Of a stretch of DNA of 64,000 nucleotides, positions 1-13,512 are shown piece after piece; position 1 is the stretch's first letter, and each line of letters opens with the position of its first letter. Made by a program: the position numbers and the translations under genes. The notes beneath the pieces were generated by a model, which was not told the DNA's origin, made no database searches, and saw only the letters and a list, made by a program, of their open reading frames with translations. The DNA is from the human T2T-CHM13v2.0 reference genome, Homo sapiens: the NCBI RefSeq assembly GCF_009914755.1, contig NC_060937.1. The stretch is one strand, 5' to 3'.

Positions 1-184
1 AGAATGTATTTTCTCGTTCGCACATGAAACATACTCTAAGATTTATGCTCAGTCATAAAGCAAGTCTCTGTAAATTAAAAAAAAAAGTATACCAATCATC
101 TCTCAGACCACAATGAAATAGAAATTAATACCAGAAAGAAATCTTAAGCCACACAAATTTATAAAAACTAAACAATTTGCTGCT
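1..184 (+). mobile_element. L1 ORF2 (endonuclease region) fragment, L1PB-like
   Basis: Degenerate L1 motifs: 'cacatgaaacatactctaag', 'agtcataaagcaagtctc', 'tctcagaccacaatgaaata'. Confidence 0.7.
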
Positions 185-417
185 GCCTAGGTCAATGTCT
201 AGCAGAATATTTCCTAAATTTTCTTCTATGATTTTTGTAGTTTGAGGTCTTACATTACATCTTTAATTCATCTTGAGTCAATTTTTGTATATGGTGAGAG
301 GTAGGAGTCCGGCTTTACTCTTCTGCCTATGGCTAGACAGTTTTCCCCACACCACTTATTGAATAGGGTATCCTTTTTGCATCACTTATTGTTGTTGACT
401 TTGTCAAAGATCAGCTG
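185..417 (-). mobile_element. L1 ORF2 fragment, antisense
   Basis: 'tctttaattcatcttgagtcaatttttgtatatggtgagag', 'ttgaatagggtatcc', 'actttgtcaaagatcag' are antisense L1 ORF2. Confidence 0.85.
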
Positions 418-680
418 GAAGACATGGGGAAAAACTATATCACATTAGTTTGGACAATAATTTTTGGGATATAAATCCCAAAGCACAGACAACAAAAGCA
501 AAAATAAAGTGGATTACATAAAACTAAAAAGCTTTTGGACAGCAAAGGAAACAATAAGCAAGGTGAAGAGACAATATACAGAATAAGTTGTAACAATATT
601 TGCAAACCATATATCTGATAAGAGGCTAACATCCAGCTTATATAAAGAACTTAAAGAACTCAATAGCAAGAAAACAATGT
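418..680 (+). mobile_element. L1M ORF2 3' fragment
   Basis: 'aaagcacagacaacaaaagcaaaaata...ggattacataaaactaaaaagc...atatttgcaaaccatatatctgataag'. Confidence 0.85.
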
Positions 681-2045
681 TAGTTGAAATAGCAAGGCAC
701 AGAACTATATAAAGTAAAAACTGTCAGAACTAATATTTCTTCATAGAAAATATAATATTTCTTTAGAACAAACATAACAATGATGAAGAATATAATAAAA
801 CGACTCATAAGATAAAGGTAAAATAATTTAATTATAAAAATCAATAATTATATTACAATAATTGTGCAATCTCAATTACAACTCCAGATGATAAATTCAA
901 AACATATAAAGTAGGATATTGTGAAGAAACCCTTTATTTTGAAAGTAATGAGGTGATAGTAATTCTCTACCTTATAGTTGACTATAATTTTAATTATATT
1001 CGTTAAAAAGTGAAAGTTAACCACTAGAAAGATAGCAAAGAATATATTACATTCAAAATACTACATAAAAATTATAAATCCAACTAAAGAAAAACGTAAT
1101 AGTAAAGCAAAAATATTCAATATTTATTTTTAATAAAAAGAGAAATTATAAATTAAGAAAGATTAAAAAGGCCCAATTATATCAATATAAAATATAAATT
1201 AAGAGCATTTTGTGTAATACTATTTGTATTAAATCACAATGTTTAAGGTGGTAATTAGGTTTTTAAACATCTGTTTTGAAGTATTTTTACATTCAATATT
1301 TAATTTTTCTCTTAATAGTTTCTTTTTTATGCTATATAAGAAAATTATAAAGATGGTATAATGGGTGCTCATAAACAAGTCCTGTACATTCAGAAAATGC
1401 TGTCTGGACCATTCATTTGGACTAGATGACACATTTTAAAATCTTGAATAAATTATCTTTATTGTATTAATTAGTTATAAGCTCAGTGTTCTCAAAATAT
1501 AGACATGTACACAAGAAATATACTAATGTCATCTAGTATTACACTGAAAATTAAAGGGATTAAAAATATATGAAATATATAACATTATATTTAGTTATTT
1601 AATATAATTATATTTAACATAATATATTACATATTTTAAAAGCATTAGTATTTCACTGGAACCTATAGCAGAACAGTTAACATTGTCATTTCTGAAAAGT
1701 TTGTGAATCCCCTGCTGTGCCAAGTCAGCAAAGTCACTTCTTTAGTGGCTAAATTTTGGCAAGACATCTCCACATGGAGATTTCCAATTATAGAAATGGT
1801 GGACTGACTTATTTAAATTCACAGCAGAGAGTAAAGAACTGTACAAAATTTTTCAAAAATGAATAAAGCATTTGAAAGCTACCAAAGGAGAAAAAACTCT
1901 CAATGAGTAAGAATCAGGGCAAAGGATAATCTGTAAAGGTAAGATCAACAACTGGCACCACTTCTTGTGAGGCACTTGCCAACTATAAAGCCGAAAGTGA
2001 GAGGCTGAGAAGCTGAATGCAGTTGCCAATAATTGCATGGGGACC

Positions 2046-2474
2046 TTTACCTTTTCTTGTCTATAGTCCATGAAAAAATTTTAGTATTACAAATACCATT
2101 CACTCACAATGTTTTTTCCCAGGAAAGTTCTCTTTGTCGGCCATATCATAAGCTGTATCCTAGGTAGATAATTTAATATTGGCTAGATTATTTAATGCCA
2201 CACCTTTATTATTATTTCTGTTTTTCTCAGTTTTTGGATTTTTCAGGATCATCTTGATAGAAGAAAAGGCTGAAAATGATATTCCAATTTATTACTGCAT
2301 TTGTCTTGGGGCACTTTTTTATTGAAATGACTTAAATCTATTGGGAAGTAGAAACTATGGGTTTGATGAAGATGCAGCCCACACATCTCTGATCAAACCT
2401 TTGACTCTTACTATCACTGTCAAAATAAACTGATGTGAATTATGGAAAAAGAGAGTTATCATTTTTAACTGCTA
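2046..2474 (+). repeat. Inverted duplication, copy A (reverse complement of 12027-12456)
   Basis: By-eye alignment over ~430 bp at roughly 92% identity. Confidence 0.95.
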
Positions 2475-2817
2475 AGAGTCCAAGAAGAGACCTAACACAC
2501 AACCAGGTTTTCAGTTGGTAATTGTGAAGGACTACACACAGGATATGAGGATGAACTTGTGAGGGACCAGCCCTCATGATGACTGAAACCACGATTTGAA
2601 TCCGTTCACTACCCAATTGGATTAGTTCTGCCTCCAACAAAGTTGCTTTCTTTGAGAAAAAGTACATTATCTCTGAAGAAAGATAGCAGCAACTATGACC
2701 TTAAGTTATGCTTAAATACTTAAATTTATTTCTATGCAATGCCCAGCACTGAATCAAAAGTAACCAAGCATATGAAGAGAGAGTCATATAACAAAAATAA
2801 AGAGGAATAAAAGATGA

Positions 2818-3316
2818 TGTCACCCCCACCCCCCCAAAACCAGGGTTCATTAACTTGACAAACATTCATGAGAATGCAGGTTTTGATCAATTGGAGTTTT
2901 ATTACTTGTTAAAAGTAAGAAGAACACCAAGAATATTCTCCAAAGCAGTGTCTCCTCAAGAGAGAGTGACAAGAGGGCTTTATGGGGCAATGGAGAGGGT
3001 ACATTATCTTATGTAAAGGAGGGGTCCCTGTAGCACAAACTCAGGGAGTCACCCTGCCACCCTGTGGGTTGCATGTCATGGAAATGAAGCTACAGATCCT
3101 TCCAGGGTGGAGATGTTAGCATGGTAATGAGAAAAGTTCACTGGGCTTCACTTGTAAGTTACTGAGGTCTGTCGGGAACTGGTTTCAACCAGTAGGTGAT
3201 TGCACATCACACAGATATTGCAAAAAACAGGCTGTAAGATAGAAAACTATAAAGCAGGCAGATTGCTCAAGCCAGTTGAATTCCTATAGTCCCTGGAAAC
3301 CCTCTCTATTTACCAT
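2818..3316 (-). mobile_element. ERVL-class solo LTR (LTR53/MER88-like)
   Basis: TG...CA-bounded ~500 bp segment with 'aaagcagtgtctcc', 'gggtggagatgttagcatggtaatgagaaaagttcact'; family assigned from memory. Confidence 0.55.
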
Positions 3317-3846
3317 GGTAGACAGACACTAAAGGAGATTCAGATTTAGATTAATTAGCCATAAATTTTAACAGAACTATGATAAACATGTATTCAAAAT
3401 GTGACAATATTGTATGAAGAATGTGAAGAAATAGCTGGACAGAATTACAAAAGGAAAGTAAGTACTTCTAGAACTGAAAAATACAAAAACTAAAATTAAG
3501 AATGTAACAAAAGCAACCTGAGTCTTATCTGAGAGAAATAGTGAACTGGAAGATGAGTCAGAAAAACATACAGAAATACAGCATGAAGAAAACAAAGAAA
3601 AGGAAGATGAGGAAAAATATTTATGTGATACGGGGACTCAGTGAGCTGGCTAAATTGATGAATATTTTGAGAACCGGAAGGAGAAAAGAGGTTGGCAGAA
3701 ACAATATTTGAAGACGTAAAGTTTGAAAATTTTTCAAAAGTGACAAAAATGTATCAGTGACCCAAGAATCATTATGAATTTCAAGTAGGATAAATAAAAA
3801 GAAAACTATGCTGCCAAGCTACCTCCAACACCGCCCTCCACCAACT

Positions 3847-3849
<3 letters not shown>

Positions 3850-3899
<50 letters not shown>
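3850..3899. repeat. (CA)n microsatellite
   Basis: About 24 perfect CA units. Confidence 0.98.
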
Positions 3900-3900
<1 letters not shown>

Positions 3901-4483
3901 GGTTACAAACCAAATACAAAAAAAGAAATCTTAAAATTAACTAGTGAAGGTAAGTCATATTACCTTCAACGAGGCAGAGAAAGCATATAATAAAACTTGA
4001 CTTCCATTCACAATTTAAAACGTTATTAAATCTGGGATAATAAAAACTTTTCTAACCCTAATAAAGGCTGTATACCAAAATACTGTACAAAAGATAAGTA
4101 CATAATTAGATATATGGTAAAATTTTGAAAAACTCTAATTCTATGATTTAGATAATGTGGTAGTTATAATAAATGGAAGTAAACAAATTGGTTAAATATT
4201 TGGAGAAAATAGAATTCCCGTCATAATAACCACAAAAAATCAGTTCCAGATACACTGGATACACAAAAATTAAGGTAAAATCAGAAAGACAAGAGTATAA
4301 TATAATTGTGTACCTGTATTATGTATAGTTCTTAAATATTTCTTTGAAAGTTTACAATAATCACTAACCATAACAGAAATGGTTAATTAGACTCCACTAA
4401 ACTGAGAATTTCTGTTTACCAAAAGCAATTCATAAGAGAGTAAAAAACAAGCTGTAGAATATTTTTTATCTCTGTAGGATCAA

Positions 4484-4906
4484 CATTTGCAGCAACATGG
4501 ACGGAACTGAAGGTCACTATGTGAAGTTAAATAAGCCAGGCACAGAAAGACAGGGTATCACATGTACTCACTCATATGTGGGAAGGTAAAAAAGTTGGCT
4601 GCCAAGAATAGTGGGGAGAGAGGGATGAAGAGGGATTCATTAATGGGTACAGACATGCAGTTAGATAGATGGCAGAAGTTTAGCATTTGATAGCACAGTG
4701 GGATGACTGTAGTTAACAATAATTTCTTGTCTGTTTCAAAAATAGCTAGAAAAGAAAAAATTGGGAAGTTCCCAACACAAAGAAATTATAAATATTTGAG
4801 GTGATGAATATTTCAATTACCCTGATTTGTTTATTGAACACTGTATGCATGTATCAAAATGTCACATTTACCTCATAAATATATACAATTATTATGTACC
4901 AATAAA
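4484..4906 (+). mobile_element. L1MA 3' end
   Basis: 'atttgcagcaacatggacggaactg...aataagccaggcacagaaagac...taatgggtacag...tgtatgcatgtatcaaaat', ending at aataaaa. Confidence 0.9.
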
Positions 4907-5790
4907 AGAGAGTAGCAGAAGATATGTTTAACATATTGCCAAATAATTTGAATTTGTAAGATATATAAAAGAAAAAATAAACAGAATAAAAGAACAAGCA
5001 ACGTAAACATGATTTCACAAAGGAAGCTATCCAACTGGCCAATGAATACATTAAATGTATTTAACCTTATTAGCCTTCAAAAAAAGTAAAAAATACCACT
5101 ATACTCCTGAAAAACAATGACTAAATGACTAAAGTGTAAAAGGCCAACAGTACTAAATATTGTCAAAGATTTGGATTAAGTGAAACACTGATATACTGCT
5201 TGTGAGATATTAACAGAAAAATCCCTTTTTAAAATTGTCTGTCACTATCTAATAAAGCTAAATACACACAATCTATGATCCTTAATTTTCACTGTAAGAA
5301 ATTTAGCAAATATAAGCAGCAAGAAACATGAAAGGAATATTCATAACAATAGGAAAGTTAAAGGCCTTAAAATGGAAGTAACACAAATATTCATCAATAG
5401 TGGAATGAATAATTTGAGCACCATTCTTATAATAGAAAACATTATGACAATGAAATGATGATAAACTTCAAAAATAAAAATGGTGACTGCAAGAGACCAG
5501 ATACACACGAAGACAAATGTTACGATTCCCTTTACATAAAGTCTACAAACAAGGTAAACTAATCTGGCACTAGAAGTCAAGATGATAGTTACTCCTCAGG
5601 AAACGCGTGGGAATATTTCATGGGGTTACACGAGGAAGCATCTGGAATGCCCTACTATATATGCCTGGATCTTGGTGAAGTTGCACAGGTGTGTTTACTT
5701 TAAGATCTTTTGTGCATTTGTGTATTCATGATTTGTTCTACTTTCTTATTGCCTTTTATACTTCACTAAGTTTTTTAAAAAATAAAACCC
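4907..5790 (+). mobile_element. L1MC/ME ORF2 end and 3'UTR remnant
   Basis: 'aactggccaatgaatacat', 'gattccctttacataaagt', 'tagaagtcaagatgatagttac'. Confidence 0.65.
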
Positions 5791-6389
5791 AAGAGCATTC
5801 CCAGAGGGTGGTTTACCATGGTCAAAGCAGCATGTGGTTCACAGGAAATAGATTCCTACCATGAGTTTTTGAAGCATTTCAATATTTTAATATCCAGTAC
5901 ACTCATACTGTTGTATACGGCTTGAATGTCAGTTCTGGCTGTGCATGAGGAAGCCTGTTCAGAATTGCCAAGTAAAGCTCTGGGCTGGAATTTAGCGCTA
6001 CTTCAAGCAGGAATTATCAACAAACGAGAAGTAAGAAGTCTTTAGCCAGTTCACAATCTAAAGAGCTATGTCTAAACTCCCAGGATCTTAATGTTAATTT
6101 ATATTTTGTGGTGAGGCAGAGAAGCTTTGTGATTTTTTTTTTGTCCTTAATAATAGGAGTATTATTTGGGAGTAGTAGGTTGTTTAAATGTTACATACAT
6201 TTCTGAAGGGCAGTGAGAAAAAATTTCTTATCTTCTGATTTTCACAGTCTATGCTTTGTTGAGGAAAAAAGAATCCTTCTGGTAACAGAAAAATAGTCAT
6301 TTTATTTTTTCAGAGTAGCACTGCAGATTTTGTTTTATCTTTTCTGGAAAGAAAAAGTAATATTTATAATCTTAGAACTGAAGGAATTT

Positions 6390-7417
6390 CAAACTTCCAT
6401 TTTGTCTGATAGGATATTATCAGCCAAACCATCCCATAAACAACAAAGGTAACAACTATAAGCTATTAACAAAATGAAAAGAAAACAAAACAACAGCAAA
6501 TATCTGACCTCACTGGAAAGCAACCAAATACCGGCAGATTCTAGAGGGAGTTTAAGTTTGGAATAAGAGAATGGTATTGAGTGTTCCACTACTCATGGCT
6601 TCTAGCCTGAGGTCTGCAGTCTTCACCATGCCACATGGTTAAAATGTCAATTAAAAAATTCATAGTATTTTTGACCTGAAAAGCCATTGCAAAGAGTTGA
6701 AGCCAACCACATCCATTGAAAATTGGATGGGTAAGGAGTTCTGGAAAGGAGAGAAAAAAGGACAAGTGTTCTGAAGTTTGTGAATACATTCTGTCAAAAT
6801 CCACAAAATTTGACTAACTCCTGTACCACAAATGTTTGGCTTCAAGCTGCCCATCTGTAAACAAACTGAACTGAGATTTGAGCCACTTCTCACAAGGCTG
6901 CTGACAGTTTCAGTCCTACCCATCTGATTGACTGTGAAGGAAGGGAGGAAGGGAGGAAAAAAGGGATGGAGGGAGGGAGGGAAAAAAGCAGGCTCTTTGA
7001 AGGAATAGTAACAGAATTCAGAGACTCCAAACATAACCTCACAGTGTCTAGGATATAATACAAAATTTCTCAACATTCAAAGAAAGAGGAAAGTGTGACA
7101 TCCTCAAGTTAAATGACAACCAATGGAGGCTAAACTTACGATATCCCAGATGTTGGAATTAGTAGATTAGTGGTTATTATCACTATACTCAAGGAAAAAA
7201 TATTAATTGCAAATGAGAAGTTAAAAAAATACTAACAGAAAAATAGACTCCAAAATAGTTGAAATGTTGCAACTGAAAATTCCAATTTCTGATATAAAAA
7301 CATTTGCTAGATAGGCTAAAAGCAGAATGGAGATGACACTGAAGAAAATAATCCGCAAACATGTAGATTTGTTAATAAAAATGTGGAAAATTCAAACAGA
7401 ACCTCAGTAATTTATGG

Positions 7418-7462
<45 letters not shown>

Positions 7463-7586
7463 GCTACATAGAACCTGCATGGAGCAATAGCTAAGTGAAA
7501 AATTGGGGGAATTTTCTTTTAATATGGTTGAGATATTTGCAATATGTTGAAGACATAAACTTGCAGATATTTCAAGGGAAGTGATC
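6390..7586 (+). mobile_element. Ancient L1M 5'UTR/ORF1 remnant (continues at 9049-9420)
   Basis: 'gatgttggaattag', 'aactgaaaat...ataggctaaaagcagaatggagatgac', 'gaagacataaacttgcagat'. Confidence 0.65.
7419..7460. repeat. (CA)n microsatellite
   Basis: About 21 perfect units. Confidence 0.98.
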
Positions 7587-7587
7587 C

Positions 7588-9048
7588 CTTTTTTATTTAA
7601 ATTTTATCTTAAGTTCAATGGTACATGTGCAGGTTTGTTATATAAGTAAACTTGTATCTCAGGAGTTTGTTGTACAGATTATTTTGTTACTTAGATATTA
7701 AGCCTAGTACCCATTAGCTATTTTTCTTGATCCTCTCCCTCCTCCCACCCTCCACCCTCCAATAGGCCCCAGGTGTGTGTCGTTCCTCTCTATGTGTCCA
7801 TGTGTTCTCATTGTTTAGCTTCCATATACAAATGATCACCTGCGGTAGTTGGTTTTCTGTTCCTGTGTTGGTTTGCTAAGTATAATGGCCTCCAGCTTCA
7901 TCCATGTTTCTGCAAATCACATGATCTTATTTTTTATGGCTGCATAGTATTCTATAATGTATACGTACCACATTTTCTTTATCCAGTCTACCACTGATGA
8001 TCATTTAGGTTGATTTCATGTCTTTGCTATTGTGAATAGTGCTACAATGAACATACACGTGCATGTGTCTTTATACTAGTACGATTTATTTTCCTTTGGG
8101 TATATACCCAGTAATAGGATTGCTGGGTTGAATGGTATTACTGTTTTTATGTCTTTGAGGAATCACACTGTCTTCCACAATGAGTGAACTAATTTACACT
8201 CCCACCAACAGTATATAAGCATTTTTTTTCCACAGCCTCGCCAACATCTGTTATTTTGTTGACTTTACAATAATAGATGATATAATAGATATCTCATTGT
8301 GGTTTCAATTTGCATTTCTCTAATGATCAATGATGTTGAGCTTTTTTTCATATAATTGTTGGCTGCATGTATGCTTTCTTTTGAAAAATGTCTGTTTATG
8401 TCCTTTGCCCACTTTTTTTTAACAGGTTTGTTTTTTCTTGTAAATTTTTTAAGTTTCTTATAAATACTGGATATTAGACCCTTGTCAGATGCATAGTTTG
8501 CAAAAATTTTCTCCCGTTCTGTAGGTTGTCTATTCACTCTGTTGATAGTTTCCCTTGCTGTGCAGAAGCGGTTTAATTAGATCCCATTTGTCGATTTTTG
8601 TTTTGTTGCAATTGCTTTTGGTGTCGTATGAAATTTTTGCCTGTTCCTATGTCCAGAATGCCTAGGTTGTCTTTCAGGGTTTTATAGTTATAGGTTTTAT
8701 ATCTAAGTCTTTAATCCATCTTGAGTTGATTTTGTATATGGTGTAAGGAAAGGGTTCAGTTTTAATCTGCATATGGCTAGCCATTTATCATAGCAACATT
8801 TGTTGAATAGGTGATCCTTCCCATATTGCTTGTTTTTGTCAGGTTTGTCAAAGATTAGATGGTTTTAGGTGTGTGGCCTTACTTCTGAGTTCTCTATTCT
8901 GTTCCACAGGTCTATGTGTCTCTTTTTATACCAGTAACCTGCTGTTTTGATTAATATGCCCTGTAGAATAATATGAAGTTTGGTAGCATGATGCCTCCAG
9001 CTTTGTTCTTTCTGCTTAGGATTGTCTTTGCTGTTTGGGCTGTTTTTT
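7588..9048 (-). mobile_element. 5'-truncated L1PA (L1PA12/13-like), 3'UTR plus ORF2 end
   Basis: Poly(T), 'gtttgttgtacagattatttt', 'cctctccctcctcccaccctccaccctcc'; ORF 8265..8537 translates as L1 ORF2p ([21 protein letters not shown]). Confidence 0.93.
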
Positions 9049-9420
9049 GAAATACAAAGAAAACCACACTTAAGCACACTATAGTCAATCTACTGTAAAC
9101 AAAGATTAAGAGAATATATAATGACATGCAAAAGAACAATGCTACAAATACATAAACTGCTGACTCCTGTTCAGAAAAATGGAGGACATAAGGAAGCGGA
9201 ACAAGTTTTAAATGCTGAAGTGTGAGGGAGGGTGGGGACAATGACAATCTAGACCAGCAAAAGCATTCTTTAAAAATGAATATGAAATTTTAAAAAAATT
9301 CAAAAAATATAGAGCATAAAGAATTTACTGATATCAGACCTTCACTGGAAAAATACTAGAAAATACTCTGCTTTGAAGGAATAAAATGAACAGAAAATGA
9401 TAAATATTTTAAGGTAATAA
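9049..9420 (+). mobile_element. L1M ORF1 remnant (continuation of 6390-7586)
   Basis: 'aaatacaaagaaaaccacacttaagcacac', 'acaatctagaccagcaaaagcattctttaaaaatgaa'. Confidence 0.65.
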
Positions 9421-9914
9421 TCATACTTTAAAGCGTTTTTAAACTCAGTTGGATCTTAATGGCTGATAATGCACTCAATTGCTATTTGTTTAGTTCTTAA
9501 CATTGAACTTATGACCATGCATCTGTGTATCTATCTGAAATGTAAGCTTATGTAAAATAAGGAACTATTTTTAATTTACCTGTATGTTTCTCAGTATGTT
9601 ACATAGTTTCTGCTCTATGGCATATAATGCCTGTTAGAATTTTGACATGTTTCAGTCTTTATGAAGGGTTTAACACAAATTGTGTTTCCATCATAATAAT
9701 CACGTGAAGTTCACATTTTTTCCTGTATAAATGAAAACTTAGACAGTGACAAGTGCAAGGTTACTCCATATAGAAGTGCGTAAACGTTTGAGTCTGAGTT
9801 TCCACTCTATCTCTGATGATACACATCCTGATGGTATTTCTGGATTTAAAACAAATGAGCAGTTAAAACATTATTATTATTCACACCAAATTTAGGTATT
9901 TAAGCAATTATTTT

Positions 9915-10219
<305 letters not shown>

Positions 10220-10702
10220 TTATTTTAATAATTAATGGCTTTATATAACATGTAATATTTTCACTGAAGTAACTACCAATATTAGTGATTATGCATCATA
10301 GTTAAGAAATTTTGACTACTTCAAATGTATTTTGCTTCCCAAAATTATATGAAAATGGCCCTCATCATTTTGTATCCTCATGCTTCTTTATGTGGTTCTC
10401 ATTAAATATTTAAAACATCTTAAATGCAATTATGCTACTTTTAATATTATTTTCTTCAAATATTAATTTAGATACATTATTAATAGGAAAGGAGATATTT
10501 GCTTTTTATTTTTGTAGTCTCATTTCAATATTACATCTCTTTAAGAGTTTCTTAGTAACATGTATAGTTCTCTATATGACTAGTACAGTGTGACTTTATA
10601 TTTTGCCTGAGAAAATTAGTGTTATATTTATCCTTTCACAGCAAAATCTTGTTCAAGAACCCAGGAAATATGAAAGAAATGGGAAAACCTAAAGAATATG
10701 TC

Positions 10703-10905
10703 AGCCAGATACAGTGGTGCACACCTGTAGTCCCAGCTACTAAGGAGGCTGATGGGGGAGGATCACTTGAGCCCAGGAGGAGCTGGTTGCAGTAAGCCAA
10801 GACTGTGGCACTGCACTCCGGCCTGAACAACAGAGGGAGACACTGTCCTGGAGAAAAATAAAATAAAAATAAATAAAAAATAAAAAATAATAAAAAATAA
10901 AAAAA
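10703..10905 (+). mobile_element. Alu right monomer (FRAM/AluJ-like)
   Basis: Single arm 'cctgtagtcccagctac...ggatcacttgagcccaggag...ctgcactcc' with a long A/T tail. Confidence 0.88.
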
Positions 10906-12026
10906 CACATATCAGCCAAATGTTTTCATGTAGATCATGGACTACAGACTTCTTTGTCATCCATTAACAGCCTGTTGCACTGATTAAAAAGCATTTGTTA
11001 ATAAGATAGGAAGCCCCAAATTTTCTAATTCTATGTTTAGTCTGCCAGTTGCTATCTGAAAGCCAGTTTTTTCATGTCCCTTTAAGTTCTTCAACATACA
11101 TTTGCATGACCCAGAATAATTTCAGGAACATGTAAGAAGCCTAAATCCAGATATTTTTTGTAGAAGAAACCAGAATAGCTTTATTTTCAGTAATATGTGG
11201 ACAGCTGATAGCCATTTTGTCTAATCTTATATAACCTGAATTAAGATGCCAATTTGTCTTTCCTTCCAGTGAATATATTCACTCATCAAGGAAGCAGCAA
11301 TGCATGATTGTAGCCTCAAGAAATAAATGACTTTGGTCATGATTGGGTTTCCTTATTTGTCAAAGTGAAAAAAAAAATAGACAGCTAATAATGTATTAAA
11401 GATGAGCCCACAGGCAAAAAATTAGTCTGATTTGTATGTCCCTTCTCTCTGATTTCTTTTTAAGGCATTTATAAAATGTTTTTAAAGAGGACAAGAAAAC
11501 GGTAGCATTTTTGACAGATCAAAAGACAACCACATAAACTCAATACATCAACTTATTTATATCAGTTGGCTTATTTTAAACAACAGTAACTTTCTAAGAA
11601 CATGGATGGACTACCCTAATGATTATATTTCCACTTGGATGCCATTACAGATGGGAGAGAAAGTGCAAATAAAATAAAACGGTGCCTTTTTCCTCTGGAC
11701 TTCCGAAAGGTTATAGTATTCTGCCAAAACCAAGGGAGAAAAGAATATTACATTTATACAGGGTAATAATAGCTAAATATCATCTGTGACAATGAGCATT
11801 ACTATTTCAGGAAGAACTTGACAGCATGTAGCTACTATAAATATATGCTTTAAAAATAAACTGTATATGGGCTGCCAGATATAACTTTATATTTGAGATT
11901 GTAGCATGCATGTCCTTGCCTTTAACAGGTACACAATCTCTATATAGTAGGAATTTTACAAATTTATGCCAGAGAAAGTATGTTTGTTAAATATAATGAA
12001 CAAAAAATATATTCTAGGAGGACATC

Positions 12027-12456
12027 TAGCAGTTAAAAATGATAACTCTTTTTTCATAATTCACATCAGTTTATTTTGACAGCTATAGTTACAGAGTCAA
12101 AGGTTTGATCAGAGATATGTGGGCTCCATCTTCCTCAAACCCATAGTTTCTACTTCCCAGTGGATTTAGTGTCATTTCAATAAAAAAGAGCCCCAAGACA
12201 AATGCAGTAATACATTGGAATATCATTTTTAGCCTTTTCTTCTATCAAGATGATCCTGAAAAATCCAGAAACTGAGAAAAACAGAAATAATAATAAAGGT
12301 GTGGCATTAAATAATCTAGCCAATATTAAATCATCTACCTAGGATACAGCTTATGATATGGCCGACAAAGAAATTTCCTAGAAAAAAAGACATAATGAGT
12401 GAATGTTATTTTTAATACTAACATTTTTTCATGGACCATAGACAAGTAAAGGTAAA
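12027..12456 (-). repeat. Inverted duplication, copy B (probable donor of 2046-2474)
   Basis: Reverse complement aligns to 2046-2474; lies in non-repetitive context. Confidence 0.95.
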
Positions 12457-12980
12457 TGTAAAGATAATTTTACATTCCAATATATTTAATATTTTACATC
12501 CAACAATATTCACAGAATCCAACTTAATAAAGTTATCTGTTTGGTAATAAAATCAGTAATAATGAGTCAACTATTTCCATAGAGACTCAATCTTAGATAT
12601 GCCAGAATTCTTATTTAATCAGGCATGACTTAGTATTTGGGGAACAAAATTCAATGAGTATCTCTCAGTAGCTTAAAAAAAAGAGTTTCTTTTCTGAGGG
12701 TCTCTGAAAAGAATATTTGCTAGAATAGAATTTTTTATGGTTTTCGAAAAAATTTATGAGTCTCCTACTCACATTAAAGAGGTGTTAAATGTTTCTTCAT
12801 AGATGGATTGTCAGGCAAGAATAGCAAAAATCTTCCCAGGGGTGTCGGATAACGATGATGCAAAACAACATGATAAGACAGCCTCGGGTTTTGTTTATGA
12901 CATGAAGCATAAAATCACAGAAAAGGTTATTGATTGCTTACACTGTGCAAGTTTTACAACATTCTCATAACCCTCCCCCA

Positions 12981-12982
<2 letters not shown>

Positions 12983-13024
<42 letters not shown>
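12983..13024. repeat. (CA)n microsatellite
   Basis: About 21 units. Confidence 0.97.
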
Positions 13025-13025
<1 letters not shown>

Positions 13026-13258
13026 AATGTTTCTCAAGCTCAGCACTGTTGGTATTCTGCTGTCTGTGGGATAATTTGTTGTGTGGGGTTGCAGGCAGTG
13101 TACATTGCAAGATTTTAAGCAGTATCTAGTGACTAACTCCTTTGTCTATACCCACTAGAATTCAGTAGCACATCTCCATTCCTAGTGTGACAAAAATGAA
13201 TGGGGATATTGCCAAACATTGCCTGGGAGGCAAAATTTCTTCTGGTTGAGAACCAATG
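13025..13258 (+). mobile_element. MER20 (hAT-Charlie) DNA transposon
   Basis: TIR-like ends 'caatgtttctcaa'...'ttgagaaccaatg'; internal 'gtgtgacaaaaa', 'attgccaaacattgcctgggaggcaaaat'. Confidence 0.85.
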
Positions 13259-13512
13259 ACACAAACGAACTCCACACATGCACATGCACACACATTTATG
13301 TATACAAGTGCACACATACATGCACTGTCACTTATTTCCACAACCCCTAAACACCCACATACACACATGTCCACATCTTGACATCCAAACAGCCACACAC
13401 ATGTGCACACACACATACTGACACACCCTGCTCCACACCCCCACATATACCCACACCAATTCACATACATACACCCCATATATAAACACACACCTATAGA
13501 TCCATAATACAC
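13259..13512. repeat. Degenerate (CA)n/(CATA)n low-complexity tract
   Basis: Imperfect CA-rich run. Confidence 0.85.

Larger units (their letters stand above)
1780..4000 (+). mobile_element. Ancient L1M 5'UTR/ORF1 remnant, interrupted by a duplicated segment, an LTR and (CA)n
   Basis: A-rich ORF1-like motifs 'cttctagaactgaaaaatacaaaaactaaaattaagaat', 'gtgaactggaagat', 'gcagaaacaatatttgaaga'; the 5' boundary is approximate. Confidence 0.55.

Noticed and set aside
1555-1640. AT-only quasi-palindromic stretch
   Set aside because: Self-complementarity is expected from low complexity, and there are no unique arms.
2205-2250. Splice-acceptor-like pyrimidine tracts in the duplicated segment
   Set aside because: T-rich AG motifs are frequent in AT-rich DNA, and no open frame or donor follows.
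11200-11460. Unique stretch with a 'tgactttggtca' nuclear-receptor-like motif, possible conserved element
   Set aside because: A single short motif; conservation cannot be judged from this sequence alone.
13162-13512. Cys/Val/Met-rich 116-aa ORF (and the Tyr/Ile-rich ORF 34306..34704)
   Set aside because: Translation of microsatellite and Alu sequence.
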